DNA of 63,960 nt, filler included, from Octopus bimaculoides (lineage: Eukaryota), in assembly GCF_001194135.2 (NCBI RefSeq). It is 5 parts of 5 records of this genome, joined end to end, with 100 filler letters (N's around TTAATTAATTAA, not from the genome) between each part and the next. Parts side by side here need not be neighbours in the genome. Positions count along the whole stretch, not along the records: positions 60,127 to 63,960 come from NW_026361056.1; 4 more parts are not named here. One strand, 5' to 3'. Positions 63,455 to 63,960 of the stretch are shown in pieces. Position numbers and translations under genes: made by a program. Position 1 is the stretch's first letter, and each line of letters begins with the position of its first letter. The notes under the pieces were generated by a model, which was given only the letters and a program-made list of their open reading frames with translations, was not told where the DNA came from and searched no databases.

Positions 63455-63918
63455 ATATATATTATATATATGTGCACACACACACTCTGACACCCCCACA
63501 CACATACATACAGCCAACTAGACACACCTTACATTTACTTAGATGTATCTGTCTGTATATGCAACATTTAAAAAAAAATGTCTGCCATTTCTATTTCCAT
63601 GTTGTCAGCCATTTGTTATCTATATTATACAACTAGCTTTCCTTACTTCTCTTTCTCTCCCGCTCTCTGTCGCTTCCTGGTCATTATGCATAGCATTCTA
63701 TTATTTATAATGTTATAGTTAATCTTGTCTAGTGCCTCTTCACCAGTCTGTTTCGTGGATATGGTCTGATCGATGTAATTACCACTTCCCAGCACTTGTA
63801 AAACAGCGTGGAGTATATATTTTTATAGATATTTTTTGGTTTTTGTTCTTTCTTTGTTTTTTCAGACTCACATCATTATTTATGATTTAAATATGAATTA
63901 AACATATATCTAGACATG

Positions 63919-63960
<42 letters not shown>

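Overview
AT-rich, microsatellite-saturated eukaryotic DNA with many N gaps. Its tRNA-derived SINE families, RTE LINEs and mariners point to a coleoid cephalopod, most likely an Octopus draft assembly; this is recognition by eye, not a database hit. Four identical 100-bp spacers (44 N + TTAATTAATTAA + 44 N) show the window is five joined scaffolds. Most of it is transposon debris: four full-length decayed mariners with different TIRs, an internally deleted D37-spaced maT-like fragment, several RTE LINE remnants and many SINEs. No long intact CDS exists and almost all ORFs in the track are microsatellite or N artefacts. Small phase-compatible candidate exons suggest a minus-strand gene starting in a CpG-rich island at 16.4-18.8 kb and a plus-strand gene at about 29-36 kb; neither protein could be named. 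The most unusual element is a young, near-palindromic MITE present twice (15457-15647, 17937-18167). It has GG-terminal TIRs, 8/9-bp target-site duplications and internal telomeric (CCCTAA)n...(TTAGGG)n arrays in chromosome-end polarity.
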